From: Chiloscyllium plagiosum
Lineage: Eukaryota
Direction of reading: 5' to 3'
NCBI RefSeq assembly: GCF_004010195.1
Contig: NW_025214900.1
Span: 1 to 54,414, forward strand
Length of the DNA stretch: 54,414 nt
A program made the position numbers and the translations under genes. The number at the start of each line of letters is the position of its first letter. Position 1 is the stretch's first letter. This document shows, piece by piece, positions 25,750 to 37,581 of the stretch. Under the pieces are notes generated by a model that saw only the letters and a list, made by a program, of their open reading frames with translations, ran no database searches and had not been told where the DNA came from.

Positions 25750-25987
25750 TCGAAGAATATGGTGCTGGAAAAGCACAGTCGGTCAAGCAGCATCCGAGGA
25801 GCAGGAGAATCGACGTTTTGGACATAAGCCCTTCATCAGGAATGCCCTTCATTCCTCGTTCCTGATGAAGGGCTAATGTCCGAAACGTCGACTCTCCTGC
25901 TCTTCGGATGCTGCCTAACCTGCCGTGCTTTTCCAGCACCACACTCTTTGACTCTGATCTCCAGCATCTGCAGTCCTCACTTTCTCC
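25750..25987. mobile_element. PLE-derived inverted-repeat insertion with a hammerhead motif in each arm, family A
   Basis: Inverted arms; 14-bp TSD TATA(A/G)TGTATATTA at 25736-25749 and 25988-26001. Confidence 0.9.
25862..25889 (+). ncRNA. Minimal hammerhead ribozyme motif with canonical CUGAUGA core
   Basis: CTGATGA-A-GGGC-TAAT-GTCC-GAAA-CG-TC; stem II retained via a G-U pair. Confidence 0.78.
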
Positions 25988-26094
25988 TATAGTGTATATT
26001 AGTTGACTTAAAACCAAGACCTGCGAAATACCAACTGAAATTTCCATTTTGGAACAAGGAGAAACGCGTTTTAAGATTTCCTTAATCTGGAACC

Positions 26095-27033
26095 AAGTAT
26101 ATAAATGATCTGGATGTGAACATAGGAGGTATAGTTAGTAAGTTTGCAGATGACATAAAATTGGAAGTGTAGTGGACAGCAAAGGTTAACTCTGATTATA
26201 ATAGGATTTTGATCAGATAAGCCAATGGGCTGAGAAGTGGCAGATGGAGTTTAATTCAGATAAATGTGAGATATTGCATTTTGGGAAAGCAAATCTTAGC
26301 AGGACTTATACACTTAATGGTTAAGGTCCTAGGGAGGTGTTGCTGAACAAAGAGACTTTGGAGTGCAGGTTCATAGCTCCTTGAAAGTGGAGTCGCAGGT
26401 AGGTGGGATAGTGAAGGTGGCGTTTGGTATACTTTCATTTATTGGTCAGAGCATTGAATATAGGAGCGGGGAGGTCATGTTGCGGCTATACAGGACGTTG
26501 GTTAGGCCACATTTGGAATATTGCATGCAATTCTGGTCTCCTTCCTATTGGAAGGATGTTGTGAAATTTGAAAGGGTTCAGAAAAGATTTACAAGGATGT
26601 TGCCAGGGTTGGAGGATTTGAGCTATAGGCTGTTTTGAGCTAGGGCTGTTTTCCCTGGAACATCGGAGGCTGAGGGGTGACCTTATAGAGGCTTATAAAA
26701 TCATGAGGGGCATGGATAGGGTAAATAGACAGTCTTTTCCATGGGGTGGGGGAGTCCAGAACTAGAGGGTATAGGGTTTGGGTGAGAGGGGAAAGATATG
26801 AAAGAGGCCTACAGGGCAACTTTTTCACGCAGAGGGTGGTGCATGAATGGAAGTGGTGGAGGCTGGTACAATTACAACATTTCAAAGGCACCTGGGTGGG
26901 TATATGAATAAGAAGGGTTTGGAGGGCATTGGCCCCGGTGCTGGCAGGTGGGACTAGATTAGGTTGGAATATCTGGTCGGCATGGGCAGGTTGGACCGAA
27001 GAGTCTGTTTTCGTGCTCTACATCGCCATGACT
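26095..27033 (+). mobile_element. 5'-truncated CR1 LINE (FADD motif to 3' tail), decayed
   Basis: TTTGCAGATGAC (FADD); ORF 26363-26638 RLYRTLVRPHLEYCMQFWSP...QKRFTRMLPGL; CR1 3' UTR. Confidence 0.95.
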
Positions 27034-27039
27034 CGAGAG

Positions 27040-29900
27040 AGACGCAAGTTGGCGAGGCATTTGTTTTTTGAGCCGAGACAGTGCACGCTAATGAACAAGG
27101 GATTCAACAACTCCTGGGTGGAGCAATACCGGGGAATGTCGTCACTGGAATGAAAGAATTTCACAAGTAGCCTCTCCTACCTTGTCTGCCTCTATGTCCC
27201 GTCTCCCTTCCGGCTCGAATCAAACCATGACCAACACAAGGTGTAAAGCGTTAATCAGCAACCGATGACAATAGACCACAAGAGTCCCCCACTACAGATC
27301 ATCCTCACGCTTATAAAACATAGCTTAATGTTCTATCACATCAGCATTAAACCACTACGATAAATATTCAGCATCTGAGATTTTAAAAAAACTACAGCAT
27401 GTGACCACGCTCAGATTGCTGAATGTTCATTTCCCTTACGAGGTCCTATCTAACCAAACAACTCCCATCGGATAAATCTGCCAAACTACTTGAAGCAACG
27501 GCACATTCGCTTCAGACACAGGGCACGCCCAATAACAGAGAACCAGAACGTCAATAACTTCAAAAACCAGAGCCAAACCATTCCCGGACTCAAAAAAATC
27601 TACCCATCTAAGTGCCAGGAAATGGAGAGTGGGTCTTGTAAATATCGGATTATGCACTGTGTACACAGGCAGCCATATGACATCAATCAAGAGACGAAGA
27701 AACGGTCCCAATGTCGCGGTCCTTACACACAAACTGCAACCATTTACTGCACACCGACATCGTGTTTATTGTGCTCTGACTGGAGAAGCGGATGGGAGAG
27801 AATTACAAATGTACAAGACATTCTGAAACCGAGACCACGAAACACCTGGCAGAATGATCAGGCGAGGAGGCACTGAATGAGACGCCTCAGTGCGGTATCG
27901 CGGCTTCATCTCGCATTAGACGCCTGTGTCAGCAGAACGGCCGTGAACTCATTTCCTCCTCACTGCTAAACCGCCAGAGAAGCGGAACAAAACCCAGCCA
28001 ACAATGGCTCTTACTGAACAATCGGCAGGTTTTCTCTGGACTGGATGAAATAAAACCCACGCCCGCGCAGTTTCTTGGCCGAACCAGCCCTCCTGGAAGC
28101 TAACCAGCTCCGCTGGGTTGCTCTACTATGGTGAGTGAGGTGCGGGTGGCCCGTTCGAAAGTTTGAGTTACACTATCATTGTTTCAGGGGGGAAAACGCT
28201 GTATTGGTAAGTGAACTGCATCTGAAACTTACATTTTAAAAAAACTGCGGATGCCGAAACGCAGAAACAAAAAGAAAACTGGGGAAACTCAGCAAGTCTG
28301 GCAGCATCTGTGGAGAGAAAGTAGAGTAAACGTTTTGGGTCCAGTGTCCCTTCTTCTGAAAGTCAGAACCTGCCCGAGTCTGCCTTTTAAACTGGGTAAA
28401 CATGTAACAGACACAACACGTAATTTAAATCGCGTCATGTATACACATCCACCCACCCCACTCCCTCACAAACACAGCCAGCTCAGACAAACCTCGTGTG
28501 TACACATCAAGCATCCAGAATAAACAACGCTTTTGCTGCACTGAAAGACGTAGACTTCCCAAAGTCCATCAAAACATCACTCCCATATTCCCCAGAATTT
28601 CGCTTCCTTCGGGCCGTGACATGCCTGCACAAAACCCACATCGGCGAGCCAGCGCCTCGCTGCGATTGCTATCGAAAGGAAACAACGAATGCGCGATATG
28701 AGGAACCTTTATTTCAAGTCACGGGAAAGGATTTTTACAGCAATTTCCAGCCAGGCTGCTACGGTTGAAACGAAAGTGTGAACTGCATGCCGGGATGAGT
28801 GGTTTCTGTTCCAGTTTCAAAGCAGACAGTAGGAATTACTGTTGGACACCTCTGCACATTTTGCTGTTTGAACCACCTCCTTCCCTCTCCTCCCCCACCC
28901 CCCCACACACACACTTCCCTCCCTCCCCGGCACCCGTGTCTCGATTCTCCTTCAGTTAGGTCCATGTAAGCGCGGGCTTCTGAAACATCTCCACTTCCTT
29001 CCGCTCAGCTGCACACTGAAACCAGTTTCTTTCAAGGCAGATCGAGTAGAAGGGGAAAAAAAAGCGCGCCATGCTTTTCCAACTTTCCGCCAGTGTTGAT
29101 GTATCATCCTTTCCACTCCCTCCCCTCCGGCACCTGCGAAACCTCTCTAACAAATCCACACAGCCAGAAATTTGCAAACGCGAGAGAAGAGACATCAATC
29201 AAGGGAAACCAACCCTCCCTATCTACCCGGAGCAAACATTGCTGCTTTGTATCACAGATTCCCAGATCCTGATCGCTGCGAGGCACTACTCCCTCCCCCG
29301 ATCGCTGCAGCTAATGTTTCACCAAACAGCTAATGTGCAAAGTCATGATGGCTCGCCTTCAGAGCGCAACACCCACACCGTGGCCCCAGCAACGCCCAGC
29401 AAAATCGCCTCAGTGAAAGAGCAGAAATACGGGACATTTTAGTGAATGTGCTTTTCGACCGCGCTGTTTGCCATCGAAAATAACCATACAAACAGTTCCT
29501 TCGAGACTTTTCCTAGCCTGGGCAAATTGCTTTTTATCCAACGGGTGCTGAACATATAAACAAGGAAATATGAAACCGCCTACTGAATTAATTATTGGTA
29601 CATCTACGGCTCTTAAACGCTAACTACAGCTTACTTGTTCAAAAGAGTTAATTTATTGTTCGTAATTTTTCAGGCCAGTCTATTGCATTTTTAGACGGAT
29701 TATTCAGGAACACCCAACGTTATTTAGGTGGACCATCAACCCTCTTAAAATTGCCCGGGTTCTTGTAAAGAATCGGTATTCTTTTTAAAATATTTGTCAG
29801 TCCTTATATGTTTCTGACTTATAAAGACCGGTAAATGGGCCCCTGACGAGTCCAAACCAACAGTGCACTTCCGGCAGGATTTGAGTTGAATAAAACTTGT
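27040..29900. promoter_or_regulatory. CpG-rich unique block with candidate first-exon donor ACTATG|GTGAGT (28125-28136)
   Basis: CpG density, C-rich tracts and a consensus donor directly after an ATG with A at -3. Confidence 0.45.
28243..28362 (-). mobile_element. PLE terminal fragment, family C (decayed hammerhead)
   Basis: Minus strand reads CAGAAGAAGGGACACTGGACCCAAAACGTTTACTCTACTTTCTCTCCACAGATGCTGCCAGAC. Confidence 0.75.
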
Positions 29901-30685
29901 GCTGGTATGCTAATTTCCGAAATTATATGGTGTACCATAAGCAAAGTAATGTCTTATTTTCAACAGCAGAAATAAAAACAAGGGAAACACAGAAAGATGT
30001 ACGCCAAAAGTGTCGGTTTTGGTTTTCTAAAGCAATTAAATAAAACCAGGACGAGATTGATCTTTATCAATTTCATTGTTGTGTGATTTTATTTCTGTAT
30101 TGAAGCAATTGCTGCATACTTGTTATTGGCGGTCACTCACTCTAACCTTCTCTTCCTAAATCGATAGATTTTTAAAAACTGCTTCCTACATTCACCCTGA
30201 TAATTAATCTTGTGGTATTCAGTTCACTTGTAAGTTCTCCAGGGTCCAAGTTAATGCTGAACTTTAAATACGTTTTGTCACTGTCCTGCCGGGATCCAGT
30301 GATTCGTGGACAGCGTTATGAAGATGTCTCCAGTCGCTTTGCAAATCAATAATGAAGATGTGTTTTGAAGTCTTAACCAACCTGTCTTTTCATTTTAATT
30401 GGATATATCCCACCAATTCCGATAGAAATCTCACTGTACTCTCATTTCTTTCAGTGGTAGTCTAGAGCCTACTGTAATTAGAAATAAAGTTGCCATTGAA
30501 ATCTCGTGAAGGTAATTGGCTTTAAAATCATTCACTATGGCAAGGGAAATCCAAAAGTCCAATATTTGTCAAAGAGTTTCTGGTGGCATGGTGTTCGCAA
30601 CTTTTTAAAAAAAAACATATACCAAAATAGACATCTACACAGGCAAAGAATAAAAATAACATTTTACAAAACAAAACTAATTTCC

Positions 30686-30825
30686 AATTCTGAAGAAAGG
30701 GTCATTGGACTCCAAATGTTAACCCTGTTTTGTCTCCGCAGATACTGCCAGACCAGGTGAGTTTCTCCCAAAAATTTCTGCTTTCATTCTTTCAGATCTC
30801 CAGTTTCAACAATGCCTTGTTTTAT
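30686..30825 (+). mobile_element. PLE terminal fragment, family C
   Basis: CTGAAGAAAGGGTCATTGGACTCCAAATGTTAAC...CAGATACTGCCAGACC. Confidence 0.75.
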
Positions 30826-31062
30826 TAAAGATAATTTGGGCTCATTATTTTTTAAAAATTGGCTATAGCTATAAAGGTGCCTTTGCAAAGGAGATCTGGA
30901 GAGAAATGCAGTGGTTTTGAAGTGTACCCCTAGCTGCTCTCTGACTCAGGACACACAGCTCTCTACCATCTGTTTCCAGGGTCACACACCTCATCAAACA
31001 AACTACACTATAGGACCATCAACTAAGTGAAAACACTCCTTAGCCTATCCAAAATTGGCTGG

Positions 31063-31410
31063 TCATAGAGATATACAGCATGGAAATAAACCCTTCGGTA
31101 CAACCAGTCCATGCCAAACACCATCCCAAATTAAACTAATCACACCTGCCTGCTCTTGGGCCATATCCCTCCAAATCTCTTCTATTCATATACTGAGAAA
31201 AGTGTCTTTGAAACATTGTAACTGAGCCTCCATCCACTACTTCATCAGAAACTTCATTCCACTCATAAACCACCCTCTATATTAAAAAAAATCCTCATTA
31301 TTAAATCTCTCTCATCTCATCTTAAAAATATGCCCCCAGTCTTGGAAATCCCTCATCCGAGGGAAAATACACTTACCATTAATCCTATCTATACCCCTCA
31401 CGATTGTATA
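31063..31410 (-). mobile_element. CR1 3' end fragment
   Basis: GTCATAGAGATATACAGCATGGAAATAAACCCTTCGG (antisense CR1 tail). Confidence 0.85.
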
Positions 31411-31462
31411 CATCTCCCAGCGTAGAGTTGTTCTTGATCTTGCTTTACAGACTGACACCTTC

Positions 31463-31924
31463 AGGATGTTGCCTGGGTTGGAGGATTTGAGCTATAGGGA
31501 GAGGCTGAACAGGCTGGGGCTGTTTTCCCTGGAGCGTTGGAAGCTGAGGGGTGACCTTATAGAGATTTACAAAATTATGAGGGGCATGGATAGGGTAAAT
31601 AGGCAAAGTCTTTTCCCTGGGGTCGGGGAGTCCAGAATTAGAGGGCATAGGTTTAGGGTGAGAGGCGAAAGATATAAAAGAGACTACAGGACAACTTTTT
31701 CACATAGAGAGTGGTACATGTATGGAATGAGCTGCCAGTGGAAGTGGTGGAGGCTGGTACAATTGCAACATTTAAGAGGCATTTGGATGGGTGTATGAAT
31801 AGGAAGGGTTTGGAGGGATATGGGCCAGATGCTGGCAGGTGGAAGTAGATTGGGTTGGGATATCTGGTCGGCATGGATGGGTTGGACTGAAGGGTCTGTT
31901 TCCATGCTGTACATCTCTATGACT
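31463..31924 (+). mobile_element. CR1 3' end (ORF2 C-terminus and tail)
   Basis: MLPGLEDLSYRERLNRLGLFSLE...RGDLIEIYKIM...RGHRF; tail CATCTCTATGACT. Confidence 0.95.
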
Positions 31925-32842
31925 AAAGAACAACTTTGGGCTGCTTCACAAAGGATGCACATTACAAAAAAACTGGATTGAAAATGTTTTAATGGATAGA
32001 GTGTAACATGGTACATGGAGAGAAATGGTACATGCTTTACACTTGTTGTCATCTCAAATTTGGATTGTTTTCACCCAGACTGCATATATCTCTTACAATC
32101 ATATTGAGCAGAACATGCCATATGGGGACAAGTTGAATATTATTGCAAATTGAGGAATTCAATTTTAGCAAATTTTATGAATAATTTGGAAAGAAAAACA
32201 TGCTTTCAAAGGTTGAAGAACTGTGAAACTTCTAAATCTCCAGGATTCTGATAGGAAGTACTCAAGATGAACATCAAAAAGTTGTTCATGCTCCTAGATG
32301 TAGAATCTGATCCACTGCAGTGAGTGGAGGTCACTATCAAAGAGGATCTCTATTAAATGAAAAGCAGGAAGCCTTGTTCTTTGACTCAGAGGCCTCCAAT
32401 ATCATCCTTCATTTCAGATTCTGTTCCATGGAACAGGATGCGATGTGCATGCATTTCGTTTTCCAGAATTTGGAGAGAGAGAGCGCTTTGTAATCAGCAA
32501 TTTAAAGCTCAGTAAGGTTATTACAGTCTCACAACTTGAAGATCAGCAAATCCTTTTGTGGCAGGGTCTTTGACTTGAAGCCCAAAGGCAGCGCAACCTC
32601 CCAGTTTTCCTGTCCTCTATAATGAAGGCTTTAGACAACAGTACATGGAAGAGCCTGGACGAACCAACAACTCTGGATGAGTTGACTAAGACCTCTTTGC
32701 AACTGCACTAAACCAACCTGTGCTTATAAGACTCACAATACAGCGGCCAACATTAGAGATGATGCTGCAATTGCACATTTTCTGGATCGTCTGGAGTGTG
32801 TAAAGAATTACACTGACAATCAATTTATGATTTAAAAAGCAA

Positions 32843-33070
32843 ACCAAAGAACTGCAGATGCTGGAAATTAGAAATAAAATCTGAAATGGCTGGGAAAGTT
32901 CAGCAGATCTAGTAACATCTGTGGAGAGAAAGCAGAGTTAACAGTTTGAGTCCAGTGATCGCTATTCAGAATGTTCTGAAAAAGGGTCACTGGAGTCGAA
33001 ACATTAACTCTGCTTTCTCTCCACAGACACTGCTAGACCTGTATTTTCCCTGCAATTTCTGCTTTTGTTA
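32843..33070. mobile_element. PLE-derived inverted-repeat insertion, family C
   Basis: Inverted arms around 32970; right arm GTT-CTGAAAA-A-GGGTC-ACTG-GAGTC-GAAA-CA-TT-AAC (32973-33008) is a decayed hammerhead with GTT/AAC stem I. Confidence 0.8.
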
Positions 33071-33439
33071 CCAAGTTAGGACTGTTATTCAGACACTCTG
33101 GTGCATTTGCACATAATAGAAGTTACATATTAAAACATGAGGCCATGTTTTTGCAGAAAGAAAGAATGTGCACACATTGTAATTGCTCCAAATCAACAAA
33201 ATATGTGACAGTCACTTGATACTTCATTTCTGAGGGCAATACCGTGACCAATCTAGCCACCCCGACTGCTTTAGAAGTTAAGCAAAGTCTGGCCAACTAT
33301 CTATCATTCATTAATGCACTCTTCATAGTAATACCCCTACCAAGGTTCATTTGCCCACTAATTCACAATCTCATGCAATGTAGATATTGATTTTCCTCTT
33401 AAATTTGGTATTCTTGCAAACTAGCCTGATGAATGTATG

Positions 33440-34720
33440 ATGACAAGCTTTCACAAAATGTTTTTCTTTAACAATATTATTGTTGTGATAAAACATCCAG
33501 ATAAAATTTGAAACAGGGCCACATAAGGAAATATTAGGAGTGGTGACCAGAAGCTTGATCAAATACAAAGATTTTAAGGAGCACCTTGAAGTAAAAAGGA
33601 TAATAAGCAGGAGGAAATCCTTGAACTTAGAGGTTAGGTAACCAAATGCTCTGCCAACAATGGGGGAGCAATGATAATTGAGAGCGTACAAGAGGTCATA
33701 ACTGCAGGAGCACTGAATCAGAGTGTTTAAGGACTAGATGAGAGATTTGAAGTAAGGATGAGAATTTTAAAATCAAGGCATTGTTTGACATGGAGCCCAA
33801 GGGCAATGGACAAATTGAATTTGATGGGAGTTAGGATGTGGTTCTTTTTTATGTTATGAAAAGTCAAACAGATTAGGTCTATGATTTATTGGAGATCAGG
33901 GAATAAGAGGTGCTCTTACTGAAAAATATAAATATTTTGATGGGACTTGATATCTGAAAGATTTTTTCTCTTTTGAGGGAGATTAAAACTAGGGAACGTT
34001 TATGTATAAGAGATCTCCCTTTCAACATAGAGATGGATTTTTCTTTCTCTCAGAGGATCGATATAGTGTGAATGTATTTACCCTGGAAGACAGTGAAGGT
34101 TGGGTCTTAAAATGTATTCCAGCTGAATTATACACGTTTTGGATAAACAATGGAACTGAAAATTATAGAATGCAGAGAAGGTGGAGCTGAGACAAATACC
34201 TAGGGCCTGAGTGAAATTATCATCTGTGTACCATTTAGTCTCCCTTGTCTTAATGAGGCTCAAGAAAAAAGGTTCAAAGTTGATTCCTCGGATGAGAGGG
34301 TCATCCAATGGTGGATGGATTGCATAGAATACTCTCTGGAGTTTAGAATAATTAACATTTCAAAAACCTCATGAGATCACTTCTGAGAGGACTTGATGGG
34401 TATGTTCCAAAGACAGTTTCACATTCGCTGCAACCAGCAGAACAAAAGGGGACAGCCATTTCAAACTGTGGCAAGGAGAAATTCCTTCAAATCAGAGGGT
34501 AGTGAGTTTTTGCAATTCTCTACCCTGGAAGTTTTTTTTTTAAAGATGTTCAGACTTTGCATACATTAAGGTGGAGATTGATAGTTTTGTAAACTCTAAG
34601 GGGAATGCGGATTAGGAGGGAAAGTTCCGCGAGGGCAAGGATCAGCCATGCAGTCGTTAAATGGCAAAGCAGCCTCCCAGGGCAGTGTAGCCTGATTCTG
34701 CTCCTGTTTCGTATACTCTT
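33440..34720. mobile_element. Cluster of old LINE fragments (L2-like minus 33440-33840; CR1-like plus about 33880-34240 and 34310-34720)
   Basis: Degenerate similarity to L2 and CR1 tails elsewhere in the window. Confidence 0.55.
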
Positions 34721-35744
34721 TTATATGCTCCGTGTAGATCATGCCTAGTTTAGAATGTTTTTAACTACTAAATCAAAGCTCATTAAAAATAAGGTCAAAC
34801 TCTTTAAAATAATCTCTGACTGATTTATTTGTTTAACAATAGATTCAATTTTAAAAGTTGTTCTGTTTCTCGAGGTTAATTTGACAAAAAAAAGACTTAC
34901 ACATGATAATTTCAGGAAGGGAAAATTATGCCCACGCAAAAACTAAGTGTCAACTTACTGAAATAATTTCCATTGGATAAATGTGTAAAGGGAAGAGTAG
35001 TATTACATATAGGGACAGCAATCCAAATCAAAATGATCATATCAGGTGGAAAGGCGTTCTTCAAAGCGACATTTATTTCTGAACCGCTGGTTAAAAACAC
35101 GCCCATCATTATGTCCCGTCATTCGGAAGAGAATGCGTTGATCTGTTTTTACTGTAAGTCTGACGAGGCTTCGAAAATCTTTTGATTTCTCAAAAGGTAA
35201 TTTAAAGAAATTGTTGTCTATTCCCCAGAAGTTGTGATTACCAGTTATTGCATTTGGACCTACATGTGTCCGTTTATTTGGACAAAACAGAGTAGGAGGT
35301 TGGGTCAAGCTGAAACGACTATTGGTGTTTCGATCCTAGTTAGTCCTGTTTCTACCTCCCTTGATTAGAGGCCCGCTGGTTGAATTAACAAGTACAGCAT
35401 GTCGAAGATGAGAAGCTAATAGAGGAGAAGGCTTCACCAGTCTGCCGCAGACAAAACTCGCAGCTCAGCGGGTGATTGACAGCCCGGAGCTAACACTCAA
35501 CCCACATGTTCTGTACTTCCCGACGCCGAGAACAATGCGGGAGATCGGCAGCACATAGCACGGTTCCATCTCGAACAGGCGCAGGCGTTTAGAGCTTAGT
35601 CTTATTTCGGGAAGCAACCCAACTCTAACCGATATTGTGCCTCCTAAAATGTTGCACACTGGTAATTCTACATACCATATTTAGTACTCAACGTAAATAC
35701 AAACCTTCCTATAGAATTCAGCAGCCAGGATACACGTCATTCAC

Positions 35745-35821
35745 TTACTCACCAAATGTTTTATCCTATACCTTGACTGAATTTGTTATTTTCATTTGAG
35801 CCGATCTACAGCTTTTATATA
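35745..35821 (-). promoter_or_regulatory. Candidate TATA promoter with short first exon and donor
   Basis: Minus strand TATATAAAAG (35821-35812) followed by CATTTG|GTGAGTAAGT (intron starts 35752); TGACGTG CRE-like sites at about 35733-35739 and 35919-35925. Confidence 0.45.
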
Positions 35822-36977
35822 GCTGGAATTTTATTATGGATATTACGATCAGCAGTAGGGAACTAGGGTAATTGTTTTCTTAGGTCTTTGGGGGAAGCAC
35901 ATATCGTAAATAAACTGGCACGTCATGGTAACTATGGTTTAAACAATTTTTAAAAAGCTTTTTTGGGTGCAGTTTAAACACAATTTAAGAAAGGGAACAG
36001 AAATAGTGATGCTTCAAAAATCCCAAATGGCTGATTGAGTGTCAAAATCTAACTGTCGATTGTAAACAGTCTGCATCATGGCCCCTTTGATTGCATTGGT
36101 TTGCACCGCGGATAAATAACAGGAAAATGCTATATGAACACTTTCCACTTCGTCACTAACTGATATTCTCAATGAGCAAGAGTACTGTTTGTTTATTGAA
36201 AGCTACATGGTCGGTTTGTGCGCTTAATTTTAAAGCTAGGCAGCAAGTTCCGAAATTTCACACACAAACCACACCACGCATCCCCACCCCACAACCATCC
36301 ACACCCCTTTTAACTCGGACTAAGTTTTGGGTCACGTCCTAATCTCAAACTTAATTCCTTGTAAAACCTTTACTATGTTAAGGGTCCTGTACAAATGCAA
36401 GTTGTGATTGTAATTATATTACCTATCGCTGCACTTTAGTTTCAGACCAGAAATGAATGTGATTACCTGGTCTTACCAGAACCATCGTGGTCTCGCCCAA
36501 AAAAACCTGGTTACAGCCCTGGGCAGAACTCGTTTTACGGCTGTTCATAAAAGCAAGAAAGTGTTGTTATGTTCTCAAACAAAAACGTTGAGGTTCGATG
36601 GCTTTTATGTTTTGAAATTTCTATTTTTAAAAATGGGATTGAGTTATGCTGATGTTTTGTAAACAAGGTAATTTTTAAGGTGGGGAGCCACAGGTTATTG
36701 AACATGTGTATTCAAACCAGACTGGCTAGTTTGTGAAATGGCACAGTTCACAAGTCTGCTTCAAACTGACAATAAAACCCAATTGTCTATCTCAAGGTCA
36801 GGACAAACCACATTCACCTTGAGAATAGATGGACTTTTTAAAAAAAAATGTGCGGAGATAGCCTTCAGGCTGACATCAGGAGTGATCCGGTTTTTACATT
36901 TCAACAGCAACGGAACAGAATGCCTGATATTTTTGCCAGGCCCATGGTTGACAATTAAAACATTAGTAAAGAACAAA

Positions 36978-37140
36978 CAAAAACAGAAATTGCTGGAGAA
37001 ACTCAATGGATCTGGCAGCATCCCTGGAGAGAAAGCAAAGTTAATGCTTTCAATCAGTGACCCGTCTTCAGAACTTGTCAGACCAGTTTCAATTTTTGTT
37101 CTTAGTTAGTTTCAGATCTCCAGCATCTGCAATTCTTCCA
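36978..37140. mobile_element. PLE terminal fragments, family C
   Basis: ACAGAAATTGCTGGAGAAACTC...GGAGAGAAAGCAAAGTTAATG...TCTTCAGAAC, then TTTCAGATCTCCAGCATCTGC. Confidence 0.7.
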
Positions 37141-37377
37141 TTTTAGTTTTGAATTAAAATGTAAGCCCCGTCCTCTACACAAATGATCCCAGAGATTGAC
37201 AGCTTTTGAGCAAGGGGCTGTGGCATTCATAATATCTGGGCCTAGAACTGAAAGCTTAGTAAGAGTATAGTACTTAAGCATTTTGGAATGCTTTACTGTG
37301 ATAAAGATGCATACAAATGAAAATTGTTATTTGCCAAAAACATGGAAAAATGAAGATTCAGTTGATGGTTAAAGAAT

Positions 37378-37478
37378 TTGACCCATATCCCTCTAAACTT
37401 GTCCTATTCATATATATCCATCCAGATCTGAAAATGTGTTGCTGGAAAAACGCAGCAGGTCAGGCAGCATCCAGGGAA
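37378..37478 (-). repeat. Local copy of the CR1/PLE junction at 37689-37794, flanked by a 19-bp direct repeat
   Basis: 37376-37481 equals 37689-37794 with one mismatch; CAGTTGATGGTTAAAGAAT at 37359-37377 and 37479-37497. Confidence 0.92.
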
Positions 37479-37581
37479 CAGTTGATGGTTAAAGAATGCA
37501 AATTAAGTTTGGGATGGTCCATTATTATTATTAAACAAGCTGAATTGCCTCATCATTGCCATCCAGTGGTTGGTACTGTCA

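Noticed and set aside
27490..27876. 128-aa ORF (likewise 29071-29442, 51319-51615 and 52530-52823)
   Set aside because: No recognisable similarity; lengths compatible with chance in GC-richer DNA
32212..32224. GTTGAAGAACTGT matches the miR-22 3' half
   Set aside because: Seed absent and no hairpin
32418..32573. Open frame after an acceptor beginning ILFHGT (PARP-like)
   Set aside because: The rest of the frame does not resemble a PARP catalytic domain and there are no supporting exons
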